64,000 nt of DNA from Podarcis erhardii. Taxonomy: Eukaryota. Shown here one piece after another: positions 1-12,842 of the stretch. How positions within the stretch are numbered: position 1 is the stretch's first letter; every line of letters starts with the position of its first letter. Location of the stretch: the NCBI GenBank assembly GCA_964252035.1, contig OZ176205.1. One strand, given 5' to 3'. A model generated the notes under the pieces. It was not told where the DNA came from and did not search any database. It worked only from the letters and a program-made list of their open reading frames with translations. The translations under genes were made by a program, and so were the position numbers.

Positions 1-2527
1 TCAACTATAATTTATACATAGTGATATGTTAATGCAAACATGCAGTGGAACTAAAGTGCATATCAATTATTTTGTAGACACAATGATCAAAAATTAACAA
101 TGGGGTTTTTTTTAATGCAATGAAGAAAGTATTTCATTTTTATACCTTTTCATAATTCTTTGGCCAAACTCCAGATATTAATTGTTATTAACTGTGGGTC
201 GTGTTTAGTAGTCAACCTTGGAAGTCATGCAAGCCAGCGATTTTTCGGGGCTTTCTAGCTTTTGAAATAAAGAAAGAATGTTTGGGCCTTTAGGGAAATT
301 TAATATTAGACTACTGCTGTCTATAAAACGTGAGTTTCTGTGAATGCTTAATTGTGCATCTGTAAAGGAAAGATTAATGTAATGTTGTGTATAATATATA
401 TACCTCAAGTCTGCCAAACTTTTCTGTTCTGAATACGCACAATAAAAAAAAGTGTATCCAGTTTCTCTTTAAACAAAAGTCTTTTATAAGCCATTAAGGT
501 AAACAGAAGCCTTGCAGTTTGTCTTAGAAACAGTGAAACCATAGTGGCCTGTATATACACTGATGTATCACAATAAAAATAAAAATTGGTATGCCACTAG
601 TGCTGTTTGAGGCCATGAAACAGGGAAACAAAGCCAGCACTGCTTTGAGGTATGTTCCTGTGTGTGCTAATGTGTACATGCATGTGGGCAAAAACTTCAT
701 ACCTGGGGATAGAAGAGAGTTTGATGATCTGTTGTGTGCATGGACAAGTTGGTCTCAGTACTGTTCAAGTGGAAGTGGAGGATCATCCTTTCAGTGCAGG
801 TTGGTGCTTCGAGGAGCAGCATATGTAACCTTATTTTAAAGAGGCCATCTTATTCATGTCTACTCAGAAATAACACTCACTGAGTTCAGTGAGATTTCCT
901 CTCATGGAAGCGGATATTGGTTTGCAACCCTGTCATCTGTGTGTGAGAGGGGAGGGGGAGATTCTATTTTCCCCTCAATATCTGCCTTGGCTTTTTTAAT
1001 CCGCTCAGGCATTTTTAATTTGATCCACATAATTCTCCAGTCTTGACTTATGCATTGAGCTTGGCAAACATAACTAAAGTCAGTTGAGAAGTTGGAATGA
1101 AGCCCTCGCATATGTTCTAGCTGTAGGCTCCATCATAATGCTCAACATACACGTAGTGTTGAGAAGCCAGCTGGAAGCTCCCCATTGTCGATTAGTTTGA
1201 GCAGGGTTCTTTATTCCAGTCTTTTGGAAATTATTTCCATCTGCCCTGCGTTCTCCAAATCCTGTGATAGTTCGTAAGAATAGAATTATTGGTTTAGGCC
1301 TAGATTTACAACCTATGGTATCTTCCTGTAGAGTGCTGTAGAGTTCTGAAATTCCCAAGCAACTTAGTGTCTTTGAAAACGACTTTACATGGATCCCAAG
1401 TCTAGCAGCTAAAATGTAAATCAGGAAGTCTCTTCTCCAAAACTTGCCACAGCCACAAACTCATCAGGTGACATAGGGAAATTACTTTCAGATCCAGCCT
1501 CCTTAATAGAATCATGAGATGCCAAACTTACTGGCCTCTTTTAAGATTCCACAATTATTTAAGGTTATTGTTGCAAAGCTGACCCTCCTGCTTATTAGGC
1601 AGAGCATGGCACAGCAGTAGCTCTGTTGGTGCAGGGGGGCAGAGACAGTGGAGATGTTGCACTTGTCAGGATGGGGATAGCGGTGGCGATCAGGAGAGCC
1701 TCATGGTGACAACCCCACAGGTGTGCACATACCTGCTGGGCAACCGTCACCAACTCAAAGCTCTCTCAACCTCGCTGCCAGTACCACCACCCCCACTCTT
1801 GATAAGCATTGGGGCACTGGGAGGATGCCACTGGCTCCACTTCTCTTCACAAGCTGCCATTGGTGAGGCAGCTGCCTCAGATGGCTGATGCAAAGGGTCG
1901 GGGGGGGGGTGAGCTGTTGGAAGACAGAGCTATGTGTGCTACATGTGCTACACTGTTTAAGGTGAACAAATATTCTACAGACTTTACTACTTTCAGATGC
2001 AGTGTAGGACACTGCTTGGTGGGCACGGCAGGTCGGCGGAGCAAAACACACACCCTGTCGGGGGGGGGGGCTTTTGCTCCCCATCACCAGTTTTCCCAGA
2101 AACAGGTCTTCTAATTTGGGGACAGGGAGAGATAAACAAGTGAGATTGTTTAAAGTTTTTTGAGGGGTACTCACAAGTACTTTAGGGGAATTCTCACAAA
2201 AATCCAATTATTTCTGAGGCAAAGAGGAAGGTGTTTGCCATTCTCTAACTGGAGGGCCTATTTTTCCCTAAAGAGATTTTAGGGGATTTCAGAAACACAA
2301 ATTGCAATATCACTGGAAAGCAGCCTGCATTCAAAAGCAGAACTATAGCAGGCACATTTTTTCTGCTTCTAATTCTGTATTATTTTCAAAATTAGCTGTG
2401 GGTTTGTGTAGATGAAGGCATCTAGTGGAGAAGGAGCAAACTCTGAATACTCTCCAACAGTGGGAACTATACAGTATGCTGTTTTCAGTTGCATATTACA
2501 GTATATAAATCACCCTTTCATATATGT

Positions 2528-2660
2528 CAGGCCTATGAAATCTGTGGGCCTCCAGATTTTGATGAACTACAACCCCCATCAGCCTCGTTCAGCCAGTATG
2601 GGCTATGGTCAGGGAAGATAGGACTTGTGATTCAGCAACTTCTAGAGGGCCACTTACGTT
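2528..2660. mobile_element. Decayed palindromic hAT-type MITE (ccctccagatgtt...ctacaactcccatc family)
   Basis: gcctccagattttgatgaactacaacccccatc...ttctagagggccac matches the better-preserved copy at 56709. Confidence 0.6.
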
Positions 2661-2671
2661 ACCAATATATA

Positions 2672-3082
2672 CCGTATTTTTCGCCCTATAGGACGCACTT
2701 TTTCCCCTCCAAAAATGAAGGGGAAATGTGTGTGCGTCCTATGGGGCAAATGCAGGCTTTCGCTGAAGCCTGGAGAGCGAGAGGGGTCGGTGCGCACCAA
2801 CCCCTCTCGCTCTCCGGGCTTCAGGAAGCTATCCGCAAGCCTTGCAAGCCCGGCGGGAGTTCCCGCGGGCTCGCAAGGCTTGTGGGCAGCAGCCTGCAGT
2901 CCACAAGCTCGGGGGACAGCGGGGAGGCGGAGCGCCGCCATCCCGCTGTTCCCCGACCTGGTTTCGATTCCCCGACCTGGTTTTGGGGGGAAAATAAAGG
3001 GGAATTTTTTTTCCTTTATTTCCCCCCAAAAAAACTAGGTGCGTCCTATGGGCCGGTGCGCCCTATGGGACGAAAAATACGG
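2672..3082. mobile_element. Non-autonomous Tc1/mariner (Tc2-like) element
   Basis: TIRs ccgtatttttcgccctataggacgcac / gtgcgccctatgggacgaaaaatacgg, TA on both sides (2670-71, 3083-84), 411 bp, CpG-rich. Confidence 0.9.
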
Positions 3083-3311
3083 TATTTAATGCATTTGGCA
3101 CTATTAATCATACTTGCACATTTCTAACTCATTCCAGTGGGGTTTGTGCCAGAGAGGATCCCAGGAAAATGTGTCCATGTATGGTTGAAATTAAACATGG
3201 GCCAATTGGGTTCATGTACCATTTTGCAACAAAATTGTATCAAAAATATTTGGAAATGAGAAAAACATAACTATCACAAAGCATATTACTTCAGATTACA
3301 TGCACATTGTA

Positions 3312-3433
3312 CATTTAAACCACATACACCAAGAATCCTGGGAATTGTAGTTTACTCCTTACAAAGCTACACTTCCCAGCACCCTTAACAAACTACAGTT
3401 CCCAGAATTCTTTGGGTGGGTGTGCTTTAAATG
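3312..3433. mobile_element. Palindromic squamate MITE (agaatcctgggaattgtagttt family)
   Basis: Inverted ends catttaaaccaca / tgtgctttaaatg and inverted internal gaatcctgggaa / ttcccagaattc. Confidence 0.65.
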
Positions 3434-4234
3434 CATTGTTTGTGGCAGCCTTCCTGCTGGCTTCCAGTACTTAAAAGTTACATTTAGCTGAAATTTGTTC
3501 CCTTTCCTATGCTGGGAGGCATAAATTATATAAAGGCTTGTCATTTCAGACACCAGTGATTTATTCAATGCTTACAATGCTCTAGGTTATCAGAGTTTTG
3601 AAACTTCCCCAACTTATATTAGTACTCATAATTATTAAGTATGAGTAGTAAGAATGTAAACTAACTGTGCACCTGTTTGTAATTAATGCAGAGTGGCAGT
3701 TTTTAGCTGCAAATAGCACTTGTGGCTCATTCATTGGCACTAAAGACTAGCAGGGACTTTACTTATCCGTTAAAAGATAATAACACAGCACTTTATAAAT
3801 GAGCTACAGTATAAGCATATGTATGCGGAGAGAGAATACTTTCACGACTGTATCCTGAAATCACTAGCTGTATTCTCACATTCTTACTGAGGCCAGAAAC
3901 AGAGCAGAACAAGAACCATACTGATAACACATGGTTTATTTGGGCTGGGATTGTGCTGATTCAGAACAACCATCCTACTGACTACCAGCCTTTCAAGCGA
4001 TAAAGCCTATGTATGTTTACTCAAAGGTAAGTCCCACTGAACTGAATAGGCCTTACTCCTAAATATGTGTGCATGAGGTTGCAACCAGGCAGCCTGATCC
4101 TATTCGGAGTTCAGCTCAGATTTTCCTCTGATGTGTTAACTTTAAACAAGTAGGTGTTTATAAAGGAAGGAAACATTTAAAGCAGCTATGTGTAATTCTG
4201 TATACCTAATTGTATTAATCTGTTGTACAGTCTC

Positions 4235-4395
4235 TTGTTTCCCAGCCTTACCTTTTTGTGAGGTTACTTCATTTTATCCTCACAACAACCCTGTGAGCTA
4301 ATGTTTCTGTGGGCTTTACTGAGAAGGAATTTGAACCCAGGTTTTGTTGACTTCAGTTCATTTCAATGCTAACCATTACACCATACCAGCTCTTC
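4235..4395 (-). mobile_element. Decayed CORE/MIR-like tRNA SINE
   Basis: atcctcacaacaaccctgtgag...atttgaacccagg...taaccattacaccatacc (reverse B-box and A-box remnants). Confidence 0.6.
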
Positions 4396-4399
4396 ATGG

Positions 4400-5330
4400 G
4401 AAACTTGCATTCTGAATGGCCCTCTTCTGGGAATAACAAATGATAACGAATATGTGCTCTATGCGGGGCTACCCTTGAAGACACTTCAACTCTTTCGAAA
4501 CACAACAGCCAGATTACTGGCTGGGGTTGTCTTTAGAATTTATACAACCGCTCTTCTGAAACAGCTGCATTGGCTGCTGGTTCATTTCTGAGCCCAGTTC
4601 AAGGTACTCATTCTAAACGGCTTAGGCCCAAAATGTCTACTTCCCTACAGACCCTCTTGGACAGGGGTCCCCAAACTAAGGCCTGTGGGCCGGATAAGGC
4701 TCGAGGGACTTGTTTATCCAGCCTGCGGCAACCCCCGCCGCCTGCTGCTGCCACCCGCTCTTACCGGTGCTGCGCTGAGTGGCTGCCCACTTCCGGGTCG
4801 CAAGCGTTATTTCCTGCACACATCTGGGTCGGAGGAGGCCCATGCACATGTGCACAAGCTATTTTCGGTGCTCCTCCAACCCAGAAGTGTGGCAGAAATA
4901 GCGTGTGCACACACGTATAGGCACGCACTCCCCCGCCCTCCGGCCCGCTGTGTGATCAGCGTTGGAGACACCGGCCCAGGGGCGGTAAGTTTGCTGACCC
5001 CTGCTCTTGGGTGTTAAGATCAGCAGATAGGGCTCTCTTGGTAGTTCCATTGCTCTCAGAAGGGTGGCAGAGGCCCAGAAGAGGGCAGTTGTGCTATTCA
5101 CTCCCCATAGAGGTGCATCTAGCACATGCATTATACATCTTTCTGGGATGCTGAAAGACACACCTGTTTACCCTGGTCTTTGACATCTGAGATGTGTGTT
5201 TTCAGAATCTACCCTACTCCTGTGACTATAATTTGTTTAAACTGTTTTGATTCTGGATTTTAGATTGTTGTAACCCGCTCCAAAACCCAGTGAAGGGTTG
5301 GTAATCAGTATGATGAGGATGATGATGTAC
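4400..5330 (+). mobile_element. Decayed L2 LINE 3' portion, split by a hAT MITE
   Basis: tatgcggggctacccttgaag and ctgcattggctgctggttcatttctgagcccagttcaaggtactc (LHWL..FKVL, L2 ORF2 C-terminus); tail ttgtaacccgc...gatgatgatg. Confidence 0.7.
4662..5003. mobile_element. hAT (Charlie-type) MITE
   Basis: TIRs caggggtccccaaact / agtttgctgacccctg; 8-bp TSD ctcttgga / ctcttggg; 342 bp. Confidence 0.92.
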
Positions 5331-5693
5331 TTCCTCCAAGCACCAGCATCAGGTGTTCTTTGGGCTGGCTCTTATGTTACTCAACAAAAGTTGACATTGA
5401 ATCCTAATGCAGCCTTGCAATTAATTAGCCACTTCCCCATTTCTCCATGGTGAGTAATGATTCCTTCTGGGCAAGCAGTTAGCCAGGTGCACTCTGCAAA
5501 GCACACTGTGCTCCCAATTCCTCCAGTGCATTTAAAAGTTTTTGTACTTATCTGGAAGGTTGCATTAATGAAACTAATGTTAACTAATAACAGACTTAGT
5601 GATATTCAAGGATTTGGAAGTACCATAAACACATTAGAGTATGTGCAGTATTTTAATGCGCCATTAATAGGCATTTACCAGTAACTGCACATA

Positions 5694-5919
5694 CAGTGGT
5701 ACCTTGGGTTACATACGCTTCAGGTTACAGATTCCACTAACCCAGAAATATTACCTCAAGTTAAGAACTTTGCTTCAGGATGAGAACAGAAATTGTGCGG
5801 CGGCGGCACAGCAGCAGCAGGAGGCCCCATTAGCTAAAGTGGTGCTTCAGGTTAAGAACAGTTTCAGATTAAGAACAGACCTCCGGAACAAATTAAGTTC
5901 TTAACCTGAGGTACCACTG
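5694..5919 (+). mobile_element. Tigger/pogo-type MITE, family A copy 1
   Basis: TIRs cagtggtacct / aggtaccactg, TA TSD, 226 bp; same family at 45580, 46231, 57831. Confidence 0.93.
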
Positions 5920-6559
5920 TATTTGAAACACCTTTCTCTCCCTCTTTCCTCTTCCGGTGAATGCCCTGCCCTTTGCTGATTTTAAGTGGCTTACTGCTAG
6001 GGGCCCATCTCAGCTTCTGTGGGTGAAAGCGAGTGTAGTGGAAGTGGCTTCGACACATACTCTGTGGCAGAGAACGCGTGTCAAGACCATGTCCGCCACA
6101 TTTTGAATGTGTGTTTGCCTATTGTTTGTACAGTACCAGGTGCACAGCTGGTGCATTAGGTGATGGTGGTAGGCATGACCCAGCCAAGGCAGGAGAGAAT
6201 TAAGCTAATCCTTATGTCTCCTTCCATTGAAATCAATGGACCTTCAAGAGAATAACATAATGCGTAGATGGCCTAGAGATGATGTTTATTTCTAAGGGAT
6301 AATGACATTAATGAACAATGTTGATGCAAAAATAACACTGAACAAGTTTATGCAGAGCACGTGTGTATTTGTAATGTGCCTATTCTTTTCACACATCCTG
6401 TGGTTATTTTCCTGTGTGTCTGTTTTGCTTAAAACACAAGTCCCTGCTCTCTTTTCTTCCCCATCCACTTCCACAACTCTCCAATAACCCCGATACATTT
6501 GGAACACACAGTGCAGCGGTAACACAAATGTGGTAATGATGGAGGTGGTTTAAAAGTCT

Positions 6560-7800
6560 GGCGATGGCCCCCTTGGCATTAACAGGAGGAGGAGGCGAAG
6601 GCTATTGGGGCAAGCAGCCTTGGAGCACCCCTGTTCTCAGGGACTTTCCTCCCCAGGCTCAGCGGCTGCTTACCTTCGCCAGCCCGTGCAGAGCGTAGAT
6701 TTTGTGCCTTCCCTTTGCCCGTGGTGTGTGTGTGTGTGTGTCTGCTAGAGACAAGCGCGCTGCAGCAAAGTCGTGCTCTGCTTGCAAGTGACCGGATTCC
6801 GGCAGCCGCGCCGTGAACGTCACTTTCCCCCTCCTACGTGCCTCGCTCGCTCCGTCTAGACTTTTTTTTTTTCCCGCCGCCGCCGCTTCCCTCCCCCCCC
6901 CCCGCCCAATTCAACCTGCATTACAAGGCGCTTGCCCACAGTAAGGAAAAGGACTGTTTTCGTGTTTTTCTCCCCACTTTTAAGCTACGTACTCGGATTC
7001 CTTAAAAACAACAGTTGTTTAGAAATCTCCAGAGGGAGCACTGCGGGGCAGGCGCCCAGCCGCCCGCCCTGTCCAGCGTCCTCGCTCTCGCTTTCTCCAA
7101 AGCGACCTGCGGCGGGAGCGATGCGGGACTCGCTGCTGCGATCAATCATCTGGGCGATTCTCCTCCGTGCTTAAACTTCCATTATTCAGCTGAATGTTGG
7201 CGGGTGGGCAGTGGTTTGGGGCTTTAAATATATATATATAAATATAAATGCACGATGGACTGCGGCAAAAAAGGCACTTGATGGAGCCCCCTGAATTCTG
7301 CAGCAGCAGGAACGGCTGGCAGTGAAGGGGCAAACCAGCAGCCCGGACTGGATCCTTCCCTTTCCTCGTCCTGGGTTTTCTCGGCTCTGCCTTTCCAAGG
7401 GACTGCAGAACAAGCGCTGGGATTTACACGAGGATTCGGTTCTGTACCCGAAGCTCCGTTTTATGTGTTTTGCAATTGTTGTATGTGCGTGGCGTGTGTG
7501 TGTGTCGCTTATTGTCTTTTGCGTTCGTTTATGTTCTCTGTATCGCTTTTCCCCACCGATTTTGGAAAATATTTCAGATGGTGGCAATTATATGTTAACT
7601 CTATTTTTTTAAAAAAAATGAAACCCACTCTTCTCTTGGGGGTTTGTGATGGGGTGGATCGGGAGGCGATGGGATCCCAAGCACTACAATTCTACACACA
7701 CACACACACAACTTTGAAGGAAATGTCAATATAACTGTGTGTGTTAAGGAGCGAGGTGTTTTATTTGCTGCCTGGGGCTGCAGGGCGATCGATTCAAAAT
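6560..7800. promoter_or_regulatory. Upstream CpG island (candidate distal promoter/enhancer)
   Basis: CpG-dense and TE-free, GC box cccgccc next to caat ~6900, ~22 kb upstream of exon 1a. Confidence 0.65.
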
Positions 7801-8637
7801 GCCCTTGCTGCACATCCAATGACTGTGTAATAAAATAAAATAATAATAATCATATGCTGTGACCTATGCGACTCCCTGGTCAATATCCCCTTGATGCTGA
7901 TGATACTAGGGAGAGGCGCAGAGGTTATGGAGGATAATGCTGACCCAGCTATTTACCCCTCTCCTTTGAATATATACCACTCTCTTCTGACATGCGGACT
8001 AAAAAGCTGCTGTTTTGCACTCCCACTTTCTTTAATACTGGCCATGGGGTGGGCGGCGAGACCTAATGGGAAAGCAAAGGATGTTGAAAAGGATCATTCC
8101 GTAGAAATACTTTAAAGTGACAGGTCAAACCATTCTGGAAGGTAGATCCTTGAGTGTAGGGGGAAAAAATCCAGTGGATAAAAATGTCTCCCATTCACAA
8201 AAAAGAATGGCAGAGTCTCTCTACTAGGTAGATAGCATGCCGCAGACTGCCAACCGCAAGAGCTAATTGTGGTATCAGTAAAACCTAATAACACACTGGC
8301 AAGTCTAATATTAAACCCCACCTCATTGTTCACTTCTATGTCAACTTCCTAAAAAAATAATGTAAGTATGGCTTTAAGAGAGTTGAACTGTAGAACAAAC
8401 TAGAAGCGAGCACCTGCCAGTTCTACCCATCTGCAGGCTCCAAGGCTTGCAGCGTTTCTTCCTCGAATAAGCGTCCAAAACTGAGGATTATAATTCATGG
8501 CTGAGGTGTAAAGAAAGACATGGGGATGGGGAGTGGGTGTCCCCCTCCTGCTGAAAAATAAAAAGCTGCACATTCTCACTTAACCATTTTAAAGGATATG
8601 TTTTGCTGCATGCAAAAATTGGAAAACGGATTCTTGA

Positions 8638-8641
<4 letters not shown>

Positions 8642-8686
<45 letters not shown>

Positions 8687-8687
8687 T
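8642..8687. repeat. (AAT)n microsatellite
   Basis: About 15 AAT units. Confidence 0.95.
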
Positions 8688-9049
8688 GTTATTTTAAAAA
8701 ATAGACCCAGAAGATGAATTCTGCTTGTATGTGGATGTTGGTGTATCAAATTTAATCAACATACACAAATTGAGCCAAATTGTCCCTGTTTAATTCCTAT
8801 GTGGCCCATTCCTAAGACTTGCTGCATCTGCAGGTGCTTAGCACTGGATGAACCAACACCAGCAACCTCATAGTGCTGTACCAGTGGTACAACTGTGTTG
8901 CACTGGTGTAGCCAGCATCTATGGTGGTACACAGGGGCCTGTCATTTTGCATATTTATGTTGTTTTTAGGTATTTTGGGGGGATGTTTTTAAAATTATGC
9001 TTTCACTGGAATATTCTACTTTGAAATGAAAGCTAACCACCAGCTGATA

Positions 9050-9050
<1 letters not shown>

Positions 9051-9098
<48 letters not shown>
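9051..9098. repeat. (TTTC)12 microsatellite
   Basis: Perfect tetranucleotide run. Confidence 0.95.
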
Positions 9099-9099
<1 letters not shown>

Positions 9100-12000
9100 C
9101 TGTCTGTCGCTAGGTACTGATACATATTCAAAAAGGATAGCTTTGAAATTAGTTTAAAATATGTTTCAAAAATGCAATAGTCCGTCACAGAATGCAATAT
9201 TGCGTATGATGCAACTGCTGTGTTTGTAGGCCAGACCATGACCGTACCAGGCATTTCAGTGCAGCAGTTCAAAGTATTCTATAGCTCAGTTGTATGCATA
9301 TTTCCTCAGTAGTAACGTCCATGAAATTTAATGGGGCTGACTAATGTAGGTGTGCACAGGAATGCAGCCTGAGACAAACATTTCAGACCCAGAAATTAGC
9401 ATGCATTGATTTAGATGTTATCTTGTCACCTGAATCCTAAGAACATTTAAGTGGATGCAAATCCCATTGATTGAGATGGGATTTACACCTGCATAATTAT
9501 TCTCAGGATCATAGCCCCAGGCATCATTCATTTATAAAATGTCTTAGTCATGATCTTAGCTACTGAAGGAGATGCATATATTAAAATATAAATATTGAAT
9601 CTTCTGAAAATATATTTACAGAACAAATCTGTACGGAAAAATTGAATGCGACTTTTTAAAAAATAGACGTTTAATTCTTATTTTTATGTAAATGCATTAA
9701 CGAGGTCATGTGAAGGCAGAAGGCAGAATAGTATGTCCAATGATGGTGGTTGTTTTTTTTAAGAAACCTTTATATTATAAAAATTATTTCGTCTTGCTCT
9801 GAGTTACAGTGCAATCCTATACATGTGTACTAAGAAGTAGCTTCCATTGAATTAAATGAGATGTGTATTGGGTGTGTATAGGAATATTATAAATTTTTTT
9901 GTAAGTGTCCATGGAATCAAGTGTCTATCTGTAAAAGCTGTCTGTGTTTTTCTGCTAATCCTAATCATCATTAACATGTATATTAACTTTATTAATTTAA
10001 AAAGTGTAGCACATTTCAAGTTTCTTAAACTCCACTGTATGGTAAACTGTTTTTCTTTTCTATGCACTGAAATTTGCACCAAAATTTTATATTTCTGTTT
10101 ATAACTTAGGTTCTGAATTAGAGAAAATAAGACTTCTAAAATATATAATTTTCCCTATTTCCGTAATGGGGTGGGGTGGGGAATATACGCTTTTTCACAC
10201 TTTGAACGTACACACTTCCTTCATGTTATACATCTCAATATATAGGTTTGGTTCAACTTCTAGTTTTAAAAGCCAGTTTAGAGCCAGGCATTGTGATACA
10301 TAACCAACAGTGATAAAATAACTGCTGGAACTTAGTACCTTATCTCTCCCGGAATATACAGGGGGTAGTATCCGCTGTATCATACTCTCAAGTAGACAAA
10401 CTGAAAACAACTTAAGTCCTTTAACTTCAATGGAAATACTCTTGAGTATAATTTATTACCCAGTTTCTTTAGGGCACAAGGTTTGCCCCAATAAGATATG
10501 GTACTTAAGGAAGTTGAAAATATGACTTGAAGATCATTGCCATTGGAAAAATGCTCTGCCATTTCTCATATGAATTTTGTTGTCTATTTTTGAGAAAGTA
10601 GCAAGTATGGGGACAACTAAATAGTAACCCACTAGGTTTGTCACTTCTTTGTCATTGGCTGGGATCATCATAATTAGGGTTGAAAGGTAGCATTCTAGAT
10701 ATTTTCCAGTTTTCACAAACCCATGTTGCTCTTCCATACTGTTTTGTTGGGTGAGATTATCTTGCTTATATCAGTTATCTTGTTACAATCTACATTTTTG
10801 CCTTAATTCTAGAATTTCAGATTCAATAGCATATAAAGTAGCAAACAACTATAAAAGGCAGACAAAACTAGTCGGTTCGCTTTTTTGACACTGTAGCAAA
10901 ATAGTCACATAAATCAGCCATTTAATCACCATAGTCCATAAATACAGTTTGCAGTAATTATGCCTCTTAAAAACACTGTGCATTTTGAAACATATTTTAC
11001 TGCAGTTTTTCTGTTTGTTTTCTTTTTGCAGTGAATATATATAAGAGCAGGCCTCAGATTATCTTATTATGTATAGATTTGTAAGCCAATTTGACAAATT
11101 TGAGTTGTAACTTGCTTTTAACTAATAAATTAAAAAATGTAAAATTTATTATTAAATAACACAACATTCCATAATTTTATCCTGAGGATATGATTTCTAT
11201 TCGTGAAACAATAGCAAATTCTATGTAAAACTATCAACCCCATTGCTGGACTCAAAAGATTTATAACCATGCTATATGCATTGATCTCCTTTTTACAGGG
11301 ACAGTCCTGATTAAATACCCACATTTTTTTAATGTGCAATGAAAGGTTTCATTGATTATTTGTACCAATAACTGATAAATGCTCTTAGTATAGTAATAAT
11401 TAGCTTTTAGTGCTAATTATTTATAACTTGACACAATATAAAATTATTGATCTGGAAAGCAAGACCTATTGGTAGCGTAAGAATACAAATTTCTAAGTGC
11501 AGATAAATAATAAATTGTACCCATTGATATGGTAGAGTTGTTTGTGAAATAGTACAGCCCTTGGCTGGCTGGTTGGCTGGTTGTTTTTAAAGCCTCTCCA
11601 AAGAAAGATGGCTTGGTGTATTTTATTGATGGTATGGTTTAATGAAGAATTATTATATTCTCCATACACCACAATTTTTGTTCAATCTTCAAATGTTTTT
11701 ATTTTTCTTTGAAGCTACAGTTTGGGTTTATAGTTTTCCAGATGGAAACTAATTTCAAAATACTACCCAAGCAGCACACTACATGTTAGACAGCAGCTGT
11801 ATATTACAATGCCTCTGGAATGCATGATTTGCACTGAACAAGGGGCAGAAGTGAGAGAGTGCTTAACTCTTCCCCATTCAGTTGCTTTCTCCCTGAAACT
11901 CCCAACTGCTTTCATCTTTCAGGGATCCAGACACTTGTTTTTGAAAAACAGAACTTCAGCCCTTCAGGGTTAAGGGTGGCTAGATAGGGCTAGGTTTCAA

Positions 12001-12842
12001 GGGAAGGGTTCTCCGGTGCAAATCACCTCCTGCTGAGAATGCATTGCAACAGAGGAGGGACAATCTTGGGTCCCATGTATGTGGCTGCGGTGTAACATGT
12101 AGTTTGCCCTTTAAACACACAAATAAGTCATTTATTAGAGCTGCTCCAGGGACTGCTGCCTACCTAGAGAAGGCTGCCTGCTCTATCTTCTAAGAAAAGG
12201 TTGGCATCTTTTGCTGGGTGACGATGATAATCTCCACCTTAGAATGAGGGATGCCAAGTCTTTTGATCATAAAGGATAAGAATGAGTTTCTTTGTAAGTT
12301 TTTCGTGAAGTTATGAAGGAAGACGTGTCTGTCCTGTTACTACAAAGGCCTACTGTTTCCTATTTTGTTTGTTCCCCAATCTGGTTATTTAAGGCTGGAA
12401 ACAAATGAGACCTTTATTTATAGAAATATCTCATTTGTAAGGATCAGTGCCAGCCTTCCCATAGGATAGTAGACTTTGCAAGGTTCAGTGCTAGCTACTA
12501 ATACCTGCAGTGTGAAAGATCAGTGCCACCATTAGCTACACACCCAAGTTCCAGGTCTGGAAAAAGTTGTTTAAAGATGGTCCTGCTAAAGCTTTGGGGC
12601 ACCTCCAGTGTGATGGATCTGGATAACTATGAGGATATATAAAAATCATTTCAGTGTATTATTGTCATAAGAATGTGATGCATCCAACGGTGGTGCATTG
12701 AAAGAGCACTGGCAGCTCTGTGGATCATGCCCCTATGTTTATAGGACTCAGTTCACATGTGGCAGTGGGAAAATACCAACTCTTCTAATGGTGCAAATTT
12801 GTACTTTCTGGAGGAATCTGATCCAGATCAAGAAACGATCCA

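Noticed and set aside
1809-2114. Cys-rich ORF (CATC...C..GHC) resembling a zinc finger
   Set aside because: Spacing does not fit BED, C2H2 or RING; non-ATG start and no splice context. Treated as chance.
2489-3127. 212-aa ORF
   Set aside because: Lies almost entirely within a GC-rich non-autonomous MITE; no transposase (DDE/HTH) motifs.
5447-5455. ATG|GTGAGT, a strong phase-0 donor that could splice to exon 2
   Set aside because: No promoter features or good upstream acceptor, weak Kozak context, next to an L2 tail. Such 9-mers arise by chance; junction reads would be needed.
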